Source: Candidatus Nanosynbacter lyticus
GTDB lineage: Bacteria > Patescibacteriota > Saccharimonadia > Saccharimonadales > Saccharimonadaceae
Length of the DNA stretch: 32,000 nt
Assembly (NCBI RefSeq): GCF_030253515.1
Contig: NZ_CP124549.1
Span: forward strand, 1 to 32,000
Direction: 5' to 3'
Below, one piece after another: positions 9,036 through 18,500 of the stretch; positions within the stretch are counted from its first letter, which is position 1; every line of letters begins with the position of its first letter. The position numbers were made by a program, and so were the translations under genes. The notes under the pieces are model-generated. The model did no database searches and was not told the origin of the DNA. It was given only the letters and a program-made list of their open reading frames with translations.

Positions 9036-10898
9036 CTACACTGCCCCGTACCCGCCGAGCGGTGTTTCTGATGGTAGTTGGTGTCGAGAGATCGGCGAGG
9101 TGTTGATGAGTTCGTATTCGGTGTCGCTAGCCTGGATCTGAATGTGGACGTGGTTTTGTCCGGCAAAGAATAACCCCTGCCCCACGGGGAAATTGGCAAG
9201 GCGTTTTTGCTCTTCCTCGGTTAGCTTAAAGACGCTGGAAAGGACATCAACGGCGCTGGTTGACTGCTTGAGTAGCAGCTGCATCGATGAGTTGGCGACA
9301 ATGGCACGGCCCATCTTGCTGCCCATAAAGTCCTCGACGTCCTGGGTGATGGTCGTGAGGCCGAGCTGGTATTTGCGGGCACGCTTGGCGAGAGAAAACA
9401 GGAAGTTGGCCGAGTCGTCGTAGCGCATCAGCTGCCACGCCTCATCGACGATGAGCATGCGTCGTTTTTGGTCGGTACGTGTAATGTTCCAGATGTGATT
9501 GAGCACAATATACATAGCGATCGGCCGCAGCTCGTCCTCGAGGTCGCGGATATTAAAGACCACCATGGTGTTATTGATATCAATATTTGACTGCTGGCTA
9601 AAGATACCAGCGAAAGTACCGGAGGTAAATTTGCGCAGCCGCTGAGCGAGGCTTGGCCCGGTGCCACCCATATGAAGCAGTGTATCGTAGAGATCGGCAA
9701 TGGTTGGTGGTGTCGAATGGTGGGTCAATGGGTCAGCGGTGATGCCGACGCGGGCGTACGTATCAATCAGTGCCTGGTCAATATCAGCCTCCTCGGCAGC
9801 CGTCAGTCCAGCGATAATCTGCCCGCCCGCCGTCGTCTGTGAGCCACCCAGCATCTGCCGCAGCAACCCGTGCAGCGTCACTAAATTCGCCCTCAGTGCA
9901 TCGTCTGCCTCATCGGTATCAATCACCCGCGGCAGATCAAACGGATTGATGCGGGTATCGCTGTTGAGGCTGAGTCGAATGTAGCTACCGCCAACGGCGT
10001 CGGACAATTTCTGGTATTCGTTTTCTGGGTCGATGATCACGATGTCCGAGCCAAGCATCATGCTGCGCAGCGCCTCGAGCTTGACCGTGAACGACTTACC
10101 GGCACCAGATTTCGCGAACACTACCATATTAGCATTCTCGAGGGAAAAGCGGTCAAAAATTACCAAGCCGTTGTTGTGCATATTGATACCATAGAGCACG
10201 CCCTTGCCGTCGGTCAGGTCGGCCGAGGTAAACGGAAAGCTGGTGGAAATAGCGCCGGTATTCATGTTGCGGCGAACCTGGAGCTGGTCGGTCAGCTGTG
10301 GAATAGTGCTATTGAGGCCCTGCTCCTGTTGAGCTGAGGCAACCTTAGAAAACACCAGCTGCTGGCCAAAAATTGTCTCGATCTTGTGTTGGATAAAGTT
10401 GAGCTCATCAATGCTGTCGGCATAAATCGTGATGTAAAGGCCAAAGCGGAAGAACTTTTCCGAGCCGATCTGTAGCTGATTGCGTAGTTCCTCGGCGTCC
10501 TGCAATGCCGCTTCCATGGCTGGGTCGCGCACCTTGCCCTTCTCGGAATTGATGCTAAGGCTGGCCTCGAGCTGAGTCACTTTCTTACGTAGGTTGTTGA
10601 GCACCACCTGGGTATCAACCGGGTAAATGAACATACTGATATCCAGCACCTCGTCGATGTTGATCACCGAGCTGAGCCAACCGGTGTATAGCTCGCGCGG
10701 ATACCCGTAGACGTACATGGTGCGGCCGTATTTTGAGCCGAGGCGGAAGTGGTCAGACTTGAGCTCGAGGCTGCTCGGAGCGATAAAGTCGCGCAAGGTT
10801 CTCACGCCAGTGAGAAAGGCCTGCTCAACCTCGGCCTGCTCGCGGGCCCGCTGTTGGGCGGCGATATCAATGGCGTCTAGCTTCTTTTTCCTAGCCAT
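9036..10898 (-). CDS. virB4: VirB4/TrsE-type T4SS ATPase (core and ATPase part)
   Basis: Walker A is FAKSGAGKSFTVK and Walker B is RRMLIVDEAWQLM. The middle region is typical of Gram-positive VirB4 (FIAPSSLELKSDHFRLGSKYGRTMYVYGYPRELYTGWL). The preferred start is the ATG at 10898 (MARKKKLD), with GGAGGAG 8 nt upstream. The frame stays open up to 10979, which is the ORF track start. Confidence 0.9.
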   Translation of the reverse strand: MARKKKLDAIDIAAQQRAREQAEVEQAFLTGVRTLRDFIAPSSLELKSDHFRLGSKYGRTMYVYGYPRELYTGWLSSVINIDEVLDISMFIYPVDTQVVLNNLRKKVTQLEASLSINSEKGKVRDPAMEAALQDAEELRNQLQIGSEKFFRFGLYITIYADSIDELNFIQHKIETIFGQQLVFSKVASAQQEQGLNSTIPQLTDQLQVRRNMNTGAISTSFPFTSADLTDGKGVLYGINMHNNGLVIFDRFSLENANMVVFAKSGAGKSFTVKLEALRSMMLGSDIVIIDPENEYQKLSDAVGGSYIRLSLNSDTRINPFDLPRVIDTDEADDALRANLVTLHGLLRQMLGGSQTTAGGQIIAGLTAAEEADIDQALIDTYARVGITADPLTHHSTPPTIADLYDTLLHMGGTGPSLAQRLRKFTSGTFAGIFSQQSNIDINNTMVVFNIRDLEDELRPIAMYIVLNHIWNITRTDQKRRMLIVDEAWQLMRYDDSANFLFSLAKRARKYQLGLTTITQDVEDFMGSKMGRAIVANSSMQLLLKQSTSAVDVLSSVFKLTEEEQKRLANFPVGQGLFFAGQNHVHIQIQASDTEYELINTSPISRHQLPSETPLGGYGAV

Positions 10899-11970
10899 GT
10901 CGTGCTCCTCCATATCCATGTGGCGACTCGCCCTGCCCCTTGCGGACATAGGTTGTCGCCAGTTCATCGGCACCAACACTGAGTGGCTGCTGTGGCGCCA
11001 CGTCGGGGTTGTATGAACTATAGAATAATTCGCCCAGCTGTTTGGTATTAAGCTGCGCGCTCTTTACGCCCATCTGAAACAGCCCGCTCATTACCGAATC
11101 AACTCGGTTCTTAATTTCATCCTTGGCCTTTTCGTAGGCGGTTTGTTCAATCTTGGTGACGGTGTTGTCTTTCTTGCCGCCGAAGAAGCTATCGAATAGA
11201 CCCTTGGCCTGCTGCTTGATAACTTGCATGTCGCCACTCTGATAATACGGCACAACGATATAAAAATCCTTATCCATAATATTGGCTTCTTGGGCGAGGA
11301 CATCGATGAAGTTGATGTAGTCATCCATCAGCACGTTCAGGAGCATATTGTCTTGGTTGCGGCGAATGTCAATCAGGCGGTCGATGTACGGCCCGATGTC
11401 AACGCGCCGTGAGCGAATGAGTACTTGAACCGGAAAATATAACGAGTTAAGGAAGTTTTGGTAGCTAAATTCGATTCCCTCACGCTCGCGGCCACTCATC
11501 AGGTCGAAGTTGATTGACTGACACTGAACAATCGCCCGAAAGCTGCCGTCATTCATGATGATCATGTTCTCGCGCATCTCAGAAAATAGCAGTGTGTTCT
11601 GGGTGCTGGTCGGGCCTTTTTGTTGAGGCTTTGCCTGGCCAGTCGGCTGCTTGGCGGGTTGTTGCGGGGTTTGCTGTGGTTGGTTGGGCTCGGGTGCGGA
11701 CGGTGGGTTGGGGGCTGGTTGTGCCACGGGTTGTGCGCTTGGCATCGGCTGTGGCTGGGCTGGCGCCTGCGGTAATTGCTGTGGCAGCGGGCTGAACTGA
11801 TCAGGGTACTGAGCGTACAGTGAGGTTGGTTCTGCGGAGACTGGGTCAGGCCCAGAGGCAATAACCCCCGGCATGGTTGGTGGATTTGACGCTGCACCAA
11901 ACGGTGGTGCAGCGGCTGCATCTGGTGGATAGTGATATGGTTGCTGTTGCTGATTTGGTTGCATAGACAT
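10891..11970 (-). CDS. P/Q-rich protein whose C-terminal ~230 aa resemble the N-terminal domain of long Gram-positive VirB4 ATPases (putative split-off VirB4 N-domain)
   Basis: AGGTGGG lies directly upstream of the ATG at 11970. Residues 1-125 are low-complexity P/Q/A. Residues from about 126 read MIIMNDGSFRAIVQCQSINFDLMSGREREGIEFSYQNFLNSLYFPVQVLIRSRRVDI...DYINFI...KDFYIVVPYY. The gene sits between the VirB3-like and VirB4 genes and overlaps virB4 by 8 nt. Confidence 0.6.
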   Translation of the reverse strand: MSMQPNQQQQPYHYPPDAAAAPPFGAASNPPTMPGVIASGPDPVSAEPTSLYAQYPDQFSPLPQQLPQAPAQPQPMPSAQPVAQPAPNPPSAPEPNQPQQTPQQPAKQPTGQAKPQQKGPTSTQNTLLFSEMRENMIIMNDGSFRAIVQCQSINFDLMSGREREGIEFSYQNFLNSLYFPVQVLIRSRRVDIGPYIDRLIDIRRNQDNMLLNVLMDDYINFIDVLAQEANIMDKDFYIVVPYYQSGDMQVIKQQAKGLFDSFFGGKKDNTVTKIEQTAYEKAKDEIKNRVDSVMSGLFQMGVKSAQLNTKQLGELFYSSYNPDVAPQQPLSVGADELATTYVRKGQGESPHGYGGARHG

Positions 11971-11975
11971 CCCAC

Positions 11976-12875
11976 CTAGTGAAGCGAAATCACGACTTCC
12001 TTATCATGTTCTTTTTGGATACGACCGGCCTCTCGTTGCAGTGAGGCGACCGACAGATCGCTGTGATTACGCGCTAGATCCATTATAGCAGGCGAGACGG
12101 GTGCTGTGCTAGGGGGCGCCTGGTCGGTGTGAGTCGTCGCGGTCGTCTGCTCGCTGATGGGCGTGATGATAGACTGCTGCATAGTTGGATAGGGGTTGAA
12201 GGTCGAGGTTTGTAGCGAGTAGGCTTGGTCGTCTTGGCTGTCTTGGGTGGTCTGGGTGGTTGGGGTAGTTTGGGCTCGCTGCATTTGCTGGACAATTTTA
12301 TCATGGCGTCTTTCGTCGGCTCGCTCAATGAGTGTTTCAAAGGCGCGGGCTGTCTTGCTACTTGGGTCGAGCGGGTCTTGGGCGGTTTGGGCCTCGTTGT
12401 ACCAATCCGCCTGCATCGAACTATTCATCACCGAGCTGTTTGGATTATCGACACCGCGCACCGACCAGCCGTGCGTGTCCACCAGCGTTGCCAGATACGA
12501 CAGCCGGCGATTGACCTCGGCCTGGTCATACCCCTTGCCGTATTGCTTTTCCTCAATCCGCGGGGCGATCACCTCGACCATTCGCTCAATGCCATCGGCT
12601 CGCCACAGTCGCTGCTTGGGCTTGAGGATGAACGAAATAACCGCTGCGAGGTACACCTCCATCGGCTGATCCTTGCGCAGCGGCAAGGCTAACGCTCCGA
12701 AAAACAGTGCAACCGGCACCGGGATAATCGCCAGCGGCGGCAGCACCGAGAACAGCCCCCACGCCAGCGCAATCATGCCGATCGCGACGATCAAGAAAAT
12801 AAACTGCTTGAAACTAAACGGCCCGAGCAGCTTGTCTTCAGCTTCCACATCCTGGGGAACTTTGTAGACAGCCAT
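11976..12875 (-). CDS. PrgI-family / VirB3-like small-TM protein with long C-terminal extension
   Basis: The N-terminus MAVYKVPQDVEAEDKLLGPFSFKQFIFLIVAIGMIALAWGLF plus a second TM helix and ...PMEVYLAAVISFILKPKQRLW match the PrgI-family pattern as I remember it. The gene is immediately upstream of VirB4-related genes. An additional approximately 190 aa includes a T/Q-rich tract. Confidence 0.72.
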   Translation of the reverse strand: MAVYKVPQDVEAEDKLLGPFSFKQFIFLIVAIGMIALAWGLFSVLPPLAIIPVPVALFFGALALPLRKDQPMEVYLAAVISFILKPKQRLWRADGIERMVEVIAPRIEEKQYGKGYDQAEVNRRLSYLATLVDTHGWSVRGVDNPNSSVMNSSMQADWYNEAQTAQDPLDPSSKTARAFETLIERADERRHDKIVQQMQRAQTTPTTQTTQDSQDDQAYSLQTSTFNPYPTMQQSIITPISEQTTATTHTDQAPPSTAPVSPAIMDLARNHSDLSVASLQREAGRIQKEHDKEVVISLH

Positions 12876-12884
12876 TGAGTATTA

Positions 12885-15518
12885 TTATAGCAGACTCTGA
12901 ATGCCTTTGAGGGCGTCTCCTTGCTCACGAGTATATCGACCCTTATAGAGCTCGTCTGTTAGGACGGTTTCAATACTCTCATTGAGGAATTCCTTTGTAT
13001 CAGGGGTTAATTGCGCAGCAATATTGTACTTTTGCATCATATCAAGCGTATCCTCAAGGAATACCGCGTCACTTGCCAGGGCTTTGTCGGCACTCAACTT
13101 ACCCTTCTCAAAAGCCTTTATCATATTGCGCACCTTGAAGGCGTCACCGGTATCCTTGATAGCATTGGCCTGTATATCAACACACTCCGATCCACCTAGC
13201 CACCATGGTCGTGCACTATTGTTTTTCAATGCTACACCAAGTTCTTGGGCGAGGTCGTCTGTCAAATTATTCATCTGTACCTTGCTGAGCATATCGAGTA
13301 GCGGTTTAGCACCACGACTGCTTGCGATCTTGCGACCAGCCGCATTCCTGATGTCGTCGGTTGCTGGGATATTGCCAACAGCATTGCCACCGATGAGACT
13401 TACTGTGTCGGCATCGCTCACGTTGCTGCCGTTGAGGATAGCGGTGGCATTCTTGACCGATTCTTCGTAGGCGGCACTCACCGTTTGAGCGGCAGCAGCG
13501 GCGGCGCGTCGCGACCCAAGATCATCACTCATACCTGGAATTGATGCGTAGTAAGCGTCCTCGATACCACCAGCGGCCGATCGAAGCTCTGCGCCGGTAT
13601 TGTCATCACGCATGGCACGAGCGAACTGATCGTTGAGGACACGATCGATACCGCTCTTGCGCAAACCTTGAACCGCGAGAGTTTGATGTGAATCACGTGC
13701 TCGTTGTACAGCCTCTTGGACTGCGGTGTTATTGGCAACATTTTCTGGCAATTCCCCGTGTCCAGTCTGAAGCGCCGTAAAGCGATTGTCGAGCACCTGC
13801 TTCTCAGCATCAACCATCTGACGAATGGACCGTGATTGGAAATCCTGAACGATAGCCGCCTTGTCAGTACTTTGATGCGCATTCCATGCTGACTGCAGCT
13901 TCCCTTCGGCGATATTTTTATCTTCTTCAACAGAGCGCCTAAACTGGTCAAGCTTTCTGTAGCTGGCGGTTTCGGTGCGCTGTACGTTTGACTGATTACG
14001 CAGCCCCTCTAGCCTATCCTTACGGTTTTGTGATGACTGCGCCAGTCTGCGTCGCCATGCCGTTGGGGTAAATTTGCTATTTGGACGTTTGTTGAGTTTT
14101 TTATGTTTAGTAATCTCGCTCTGCTCTTTTGCCCAGTTCTTAGATCGGTCGAATAATCCCTTACTGCGGTCGTTGACGAGACCAGTGAATTTGCCGAGGA
14201 GCCCGCCACCCAACTTAATCATCAACGGCGTCAGGGCGAGTGGCGCGATCTGGACTGCCATACCGAGGATATACATCACTGCCCCGTTCGGGCCTGCGGC
14301 GTTTTGCATAATGACTGAGCCTGCCAGCTGCGCTCCACCAAAGGCTGCCGCAAACCCCGGGAAGAATATCAGCATCGTCAAGAAGACGTCCTTCCACTTG
14401 TCAAACCACTTCTCCGTACCCGGCAACAAGTAAGCCACAAAAGCCAACGGCGAAATGATAATCAAAATAACGATCAACGCCTGACGGGCGGCCATAATGA
14501 TAACAACGAGAAGAATAACAAGTCCAATACCACACAAAAGCGGCACAACAAAAGGAAGTAGCTCGGCTCGCATATGGAGCCCCGCAGCCAACGCCGCACC
14601 GCCAGCGGCACCTCCCAAAATCTGGAAGGTGACCTCTTGCCAGGTCATGGGTTCAGACGCTGGCGCCGATCCGCCCAGGGTGGCGACTGTGTTACGAATA
14701 TTCATGAACATGTCCTGGAGCGCACTTCCGGCGATGTTTGACAGGTCGAGGAGGATGGCGCAGACGTGGAATGACAAATTAACCAGTATCGCCGCGACAA
14801 TTAACCGAGGCAGCATCTTTTTGATGCCATAATTGGAGATGCCCATAGAAGTAACTTGTGAATAAATAATGACTATGAACATGATGATAAAGATACCGTT
14901 GGCGATGTTGCGAACGATATTCCAAGCCAGAAAGATACCGCTAGTCTGATTACCCGTCTGAAGCGGCGGCACCACGAGGAAGCTTTTGAGCACCCCAAAC
15001 ATCCAGTCGATGGAGCTAGCTAACCACGCCGAAACGGGACAAAGGATCCAGCCGATACCGCCAGCAACCTCGCACGAAGATGCAGAGTTTTGGCTCGGTG
15101 GGTCAATTGATAGTGTGGTCGATTCTTTCTTTGTGTAGGTGTTTGGCGCAGTATACGTGAATGTCGTTAGGGACACCGAGGTCATTGATCCGAGGTCGCC
15201 TGTTGACGGAAAATGAATGACGCGGACGTCTTGATTATTGGCTACAGTTTTCTTTGACATGTAGACCACTTGGTCAGACCCTAAGTTAAGGGCCTTTAGT
15301 TTGTCGACGTCGGAAACTCGCTCAAAGGTTTCGTTGTCGTAGGATATTTTGCTACTATCCCACTTCGCGTCCGCCGCCAGCGCCTGGCCCGAGGTTACGA
15401 CCGTACTCAAAAAAATACTGACTAGGAGGCCCACCGCCAGCAATATAAACCACTGCAACCATCGCATCGACGATCGCCCTTGTGAACGTAACCACTCCAT
15501 TACCGACAATGGTAGCAT
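12885..15518 (-). CDS. VirB6/TrbL-like polytopic membrane protein, paralogue B (877 aa)
   Basis: The signal-like N-terminus has an alternative start at the ATG at 15467 (MRWLQWFILLAVGLLVSIFLSTVVTSGQALA), with AAGGG 9 nt upstream. The architecture is an exodomain of about 110 aa, 6-7 TM helices, and a cytoplasmic tail of about 400 aa. The TM core is clearly paralogous to 15544-18684 (GISNYGIKKMLPRLI.AAILVN, ISPLAFVA.LLP.TEK.F.KW). Confidence 0.7.
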   Translation of the reverse strand: MLPLSVMEWLRSQGRSSMRWLQWFILLAVGLLVSIFLSTVVTSGQALAADAKWDSSKISYDNETFERVSDVDKLKALNLGSDQVVYMSKKTVANNQDVRVIHFPSTGDLGSMTSVSLTTFTYTAPNTYTKKESTTLSIDPPSQNSASSCEVAGGIGWILCPVSAWLASSIDWMFGVLKSFLVVPPLQTGNQTSGIFLAWNIVRNIANGIFIIMFIVIIYSQVTSMGISNYGIKKMLPRLIVAAILVNLSFHVCAILLDLSNIAGSALQDMFMNIRNTVATLGGSAPASEPMTWQEVTFQILGGAAGGAALAAGLHMRAELLPFVVPLLCGIGLVILLVVIIMAARQALIVILIIISPLAFVAYLLPGTEKWFDKWKDVFLTMLIFFPGFAAAFGGAQLAGSVIMQNAAGPNGAVMYILGMAVQIAPLALTPLMIKLGGGLLGKFTGLVNDRSKGLFDRSKNWAKEQSEITKHKKLNKRPNSKFTPTAWRRRLAQSSQNRKDRLEGLRNQSNVQRTETASYRKLDQFRRSVEEDKNIAEGKLQSAWNAHQSTDKAAIVQDFQSRSIRQMVDAEKQVLDNRFTALQTGHGELPENVANNTAVQEAVQRARDSHQTLAVQGLRKSGIDRVLNDQFARAMRDDNTGAELRSAAGGIEDAYYASIPGMSDDLGSRRAAAAAAQTVSAAYEESVKNATAILNGSNVSDADTVSLIGGNAVGNIPATDDIRNAAGRKIASSRGAKPLLDMLSKVQMNNLTDDLAQELGVALKNNSARPWWLGGSECVDIQANAIKDTGDAFKVRNMIKAFEKGKLSADKALASDAVFLEDTLDMMQKYNIAAQLTPDTKEFLNESIETVLTDELYKGRYTREQGDALKGIQSLL

Positions 15519-15543
15519 TTTTACAGAGAAAAGTCAATAGTTT

Positions 15544-18500
15544 TTAGCTGGCGGTAGGTGGATTGCTGTTTCGATTATTGCGATTATTTTGATTATTTGG
15601 CGGTGCTGAAGGTGGGGATTGCGGTGGAGCTGGCCCTCTGCCTGTTCCGGCGACGAATGTTCGCCCCGTTGGGGTGTCTGATGGGACTGCCTCGGTGATA
15701 TTGTTAATTTCTACCGTAGAATTAATCGCATTTTTGACGTCATCTGCTGTTACGCCGCTCATGTCATGCGGTACTCGCAGCTCCTGAGGTTCGGCTACTC
15801 TATCGCTGTTTCGTATATTTTCAAGCTCTTTGCGCGCACTACCCGATATCGAGGTATTAATACGTTTATTGTCAAGCACTGAGGCTGCCCTCTCGGCGGA
15901 GACACCGACCATTTTCTGGCCACCCTTAGTGAATTCAGTTTCACCAGCGACCTTGATGGCACTTGATGTCTGTCGTGCCAATTTTTCATCACTTAATCCG
16001 CTGACCCCCTTGGCGGTCAGTTCGGCCATTTGTTGCTGGCTAAAGCTGACCGAGGTTGCTCCGTCCTGTTCCATCTGGTCGATAGCCGTTCTACCCATTT
16101 CAAACAGACCGGCATGGTCATCTTTCATTCTGGTAAGGGTTTCTGCCATGCGGCGGTTGCTGATGGTTCCACCACCCTGGAGATACTCGTACATTTGTTC
16201 GGCACCGCGCTTACCAGTTGACTCTAATTTCTTAAAGGCAATGTGTTTAAGTATCTCGTTGTCTCCAGCGCCTCTCAGTGCAGCGGCCGCATCGCCGTTG
16301 TACCGATAATCAAGCATACGCTCTGCTGTCTTGCGCTCTTCGTCATCAACCGCATCCTGACCTTCGGCAGCACTGCGAATACCATAATCTCCTCCGAGGA
16401 AGCGGTTATTTGCTAAGGCGCTCTCGTTAAATCTTTTGCTGAACCGAGATTTTCGATTTCTCCAGAATTTATCTAGGGCTCCGGTGCCCTCCCATGCCCC
16501 GGCCCGCATGAGGGCCTTGCGGCGCTGTCGTCGCTGCTTGCGGAATTTTTGCATCTCGCCAAGCCGTGAACTATCATACCTATCTTTTGCCCAGTTTCTG
16601 GCGCTGCCACCGAGACTACCGCCAGCGTTGTTGATGTGCTGACCGATCGCCCCGGCAACGTCGATAGCTTTCTTGAGGACACTCCACACGGCGATGAGTG
16701 GCAGGACTTTGATTAGCTCACCGACAATCTGCATGATCGTGTCATTTCCACCCCCGGCCTTAACGACAGCCCCCGCCAGTATGCCGCCACCGAACAGTAG
16801 GCCGATTGTCGGAAAGACCATGAGTAGTCCCACAAAGATTGAGCGCCATTTACTAAATAATTTTTCGGTATTTGGCAGCAGAAAGGCAACAAAAGCCAGC
16901 GGTGAGATGACGATGAGGATGATGATGAGCGCTTTGCGGGCGATTAACAGCACAGCGACGGTCGCCATAACAACTAGCCCAGAAACAAGCGCCCCAATCA
17001 AGACTGCGAGGGCGAGAATCCCGGCGGTGCCTGCGGCAAGGATGGTTAAGGCAAAGCCCCCCCATGTACCACGTCCTTGACCTGATTGAAAAATTTCATT
17101 TGCTCGGGTAATCTCGTCGCCAATGCCGCCAATGCCAGCACGCAGGCTATAGCCGAGGATGTTAGACAGGTCAACGGCAATTTGACAGATGTAAATTGAT
17201 ACGTTCACGAGGATTGCAGCGATGATAAGGCGAGGCAGCATCTTTTTAATGCCGTAGTTTGAGATACCAAAGCCAGTGAGCTGAGAGATAATGATCGCTA
17301 AGAACATAATAATGAACGCACCATTGGCAATATTGCGCATAATTCCCCAGGCTGCTTGCACCTCACCTCCAGAGGCGAGGCCCGGCTCAATCTTTAGGAA
17401 GTTATCGGCGATCATGGCAAAAGCCGCGTCTGAAATATCAGCCAAGAAATTAACGACTGGACAAATGAGCCAACCGAGGTCTTTGACGGCACACTCTGGC
17501 TTTTTCTCGTCGCCCCCGCTCTGGCCAGAGGGGGTGTCGGCGGAGATACCAGAGAGGGCGCTTTTTAGCTCACCATCGGAATAATTTGACTGTTTGGCGA
17601 TACACTTTATATATTCATCAGAACTCGCCACGGCACCACTTGACGGCATCTTATCCTTACAAGCGTTCATCCAGCTGTCAACTTGTTGTTTACATATTTG
17701 CTCCGCTGGCCCTCCGACGCCTCCGCCGTTTTTCTCGATACATTTTTTTAGGAGAGTGTCATAAACGGCCTTGCGGGTATTATCGGCGGCTTCGGTTTTT
17801 GCTGATTTTGCGGCTGCTTCAGCGTTGTCTGATGCCCACTGTGCAATCTCCGCACATGACATCTCTGTTTTTGCACCACCAGAAGGACCATAAGGCGAGT
17901 CAGCTCCATGAAACATACGAACCCTTTTACCTGCATCCGGGAGATAAAAATATCCATAAGCTGCCGTACTGTCAGTTAAAGCAACCGCTGTTTTTTTATT
18001 GCGCTGATCGGCCTTTATGTCATTACTTGCGGCGTCATCCCCGCTATCATATCCTCGCCACTCGGCCTTACAACCAGCGTTTTGGGCCGACAAGAGTGCC
18101 GCCATCGCCGTGGAATAATTAACCAATGCCGAGTCGAACTTTAGGCTTTTACCAGCCTTTTTTTCAAGAACCTGAATTGCGTACGTGCCCCTGTCCCTTG
18201 GTATATTCCACCTACCACCGCTGTACTCACCCTTGGTAATATTGCTAATACAGTCAAGGCCGGCGTTATCTCGCCACTCACCCTTTAGCGCGCAGAACAT
18301 GTCGGTAAAAGAACTGTAGCCAAATGTATCTCGTGTGGCGGACACTAGTTCTTTACAGCTAAACTGCCCATCGTCACCGTCGGCAACTGGACCGACGGTA
18401 GTAATAGTGGTGAAGCTGCCGCCCCAATCACCGCTGGCAATTCTTGCTGGGGTGAGTCCACTATCAAATCCTTGACGATGACTAATACAGTTGCTCATGG

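Noticed and set aside
11562-11975. Alternative-frame ORFs in the P/Q-coding region (11562..11975 minus, 11592..11795 plus), and the possibility of a DNA tandem repeat or CRISPR-like array there
   Set aside because: The region is CAG/CCA/CCG-rich low-complexity coding sequence with no exact period or repeat-spacer structure. The alternative frames stay open only because of the biased composition.
12083-12867. Several antisense or alternative-frame ORFs inside the PrgI-like gene
   Set aside because: All overlap the frame that carries the PrgI-type N-terminus and TM hairpin. None has its own SD or recognisable motifs.
15701-15727. Short palindrome sharing the TTAATTC core with the tsaD palindromic element termini
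   Set aside because: Only about 9 nt per arm are shared, the sequence is AT-rich, and it lies inside a well-supported coding frame. It may be chance. It is kept only as a note under the tsaD finding.
15795-18122. Long antisense ORFs inside VirB6-like A (e.g. 15830..16309, 16673..17080, 17586..18122)
   Set aside because: The minus-strand frame shows strong paralogy to the neighbouring gene across the same coordinates. The plus-strand ORFs are shadow frames.
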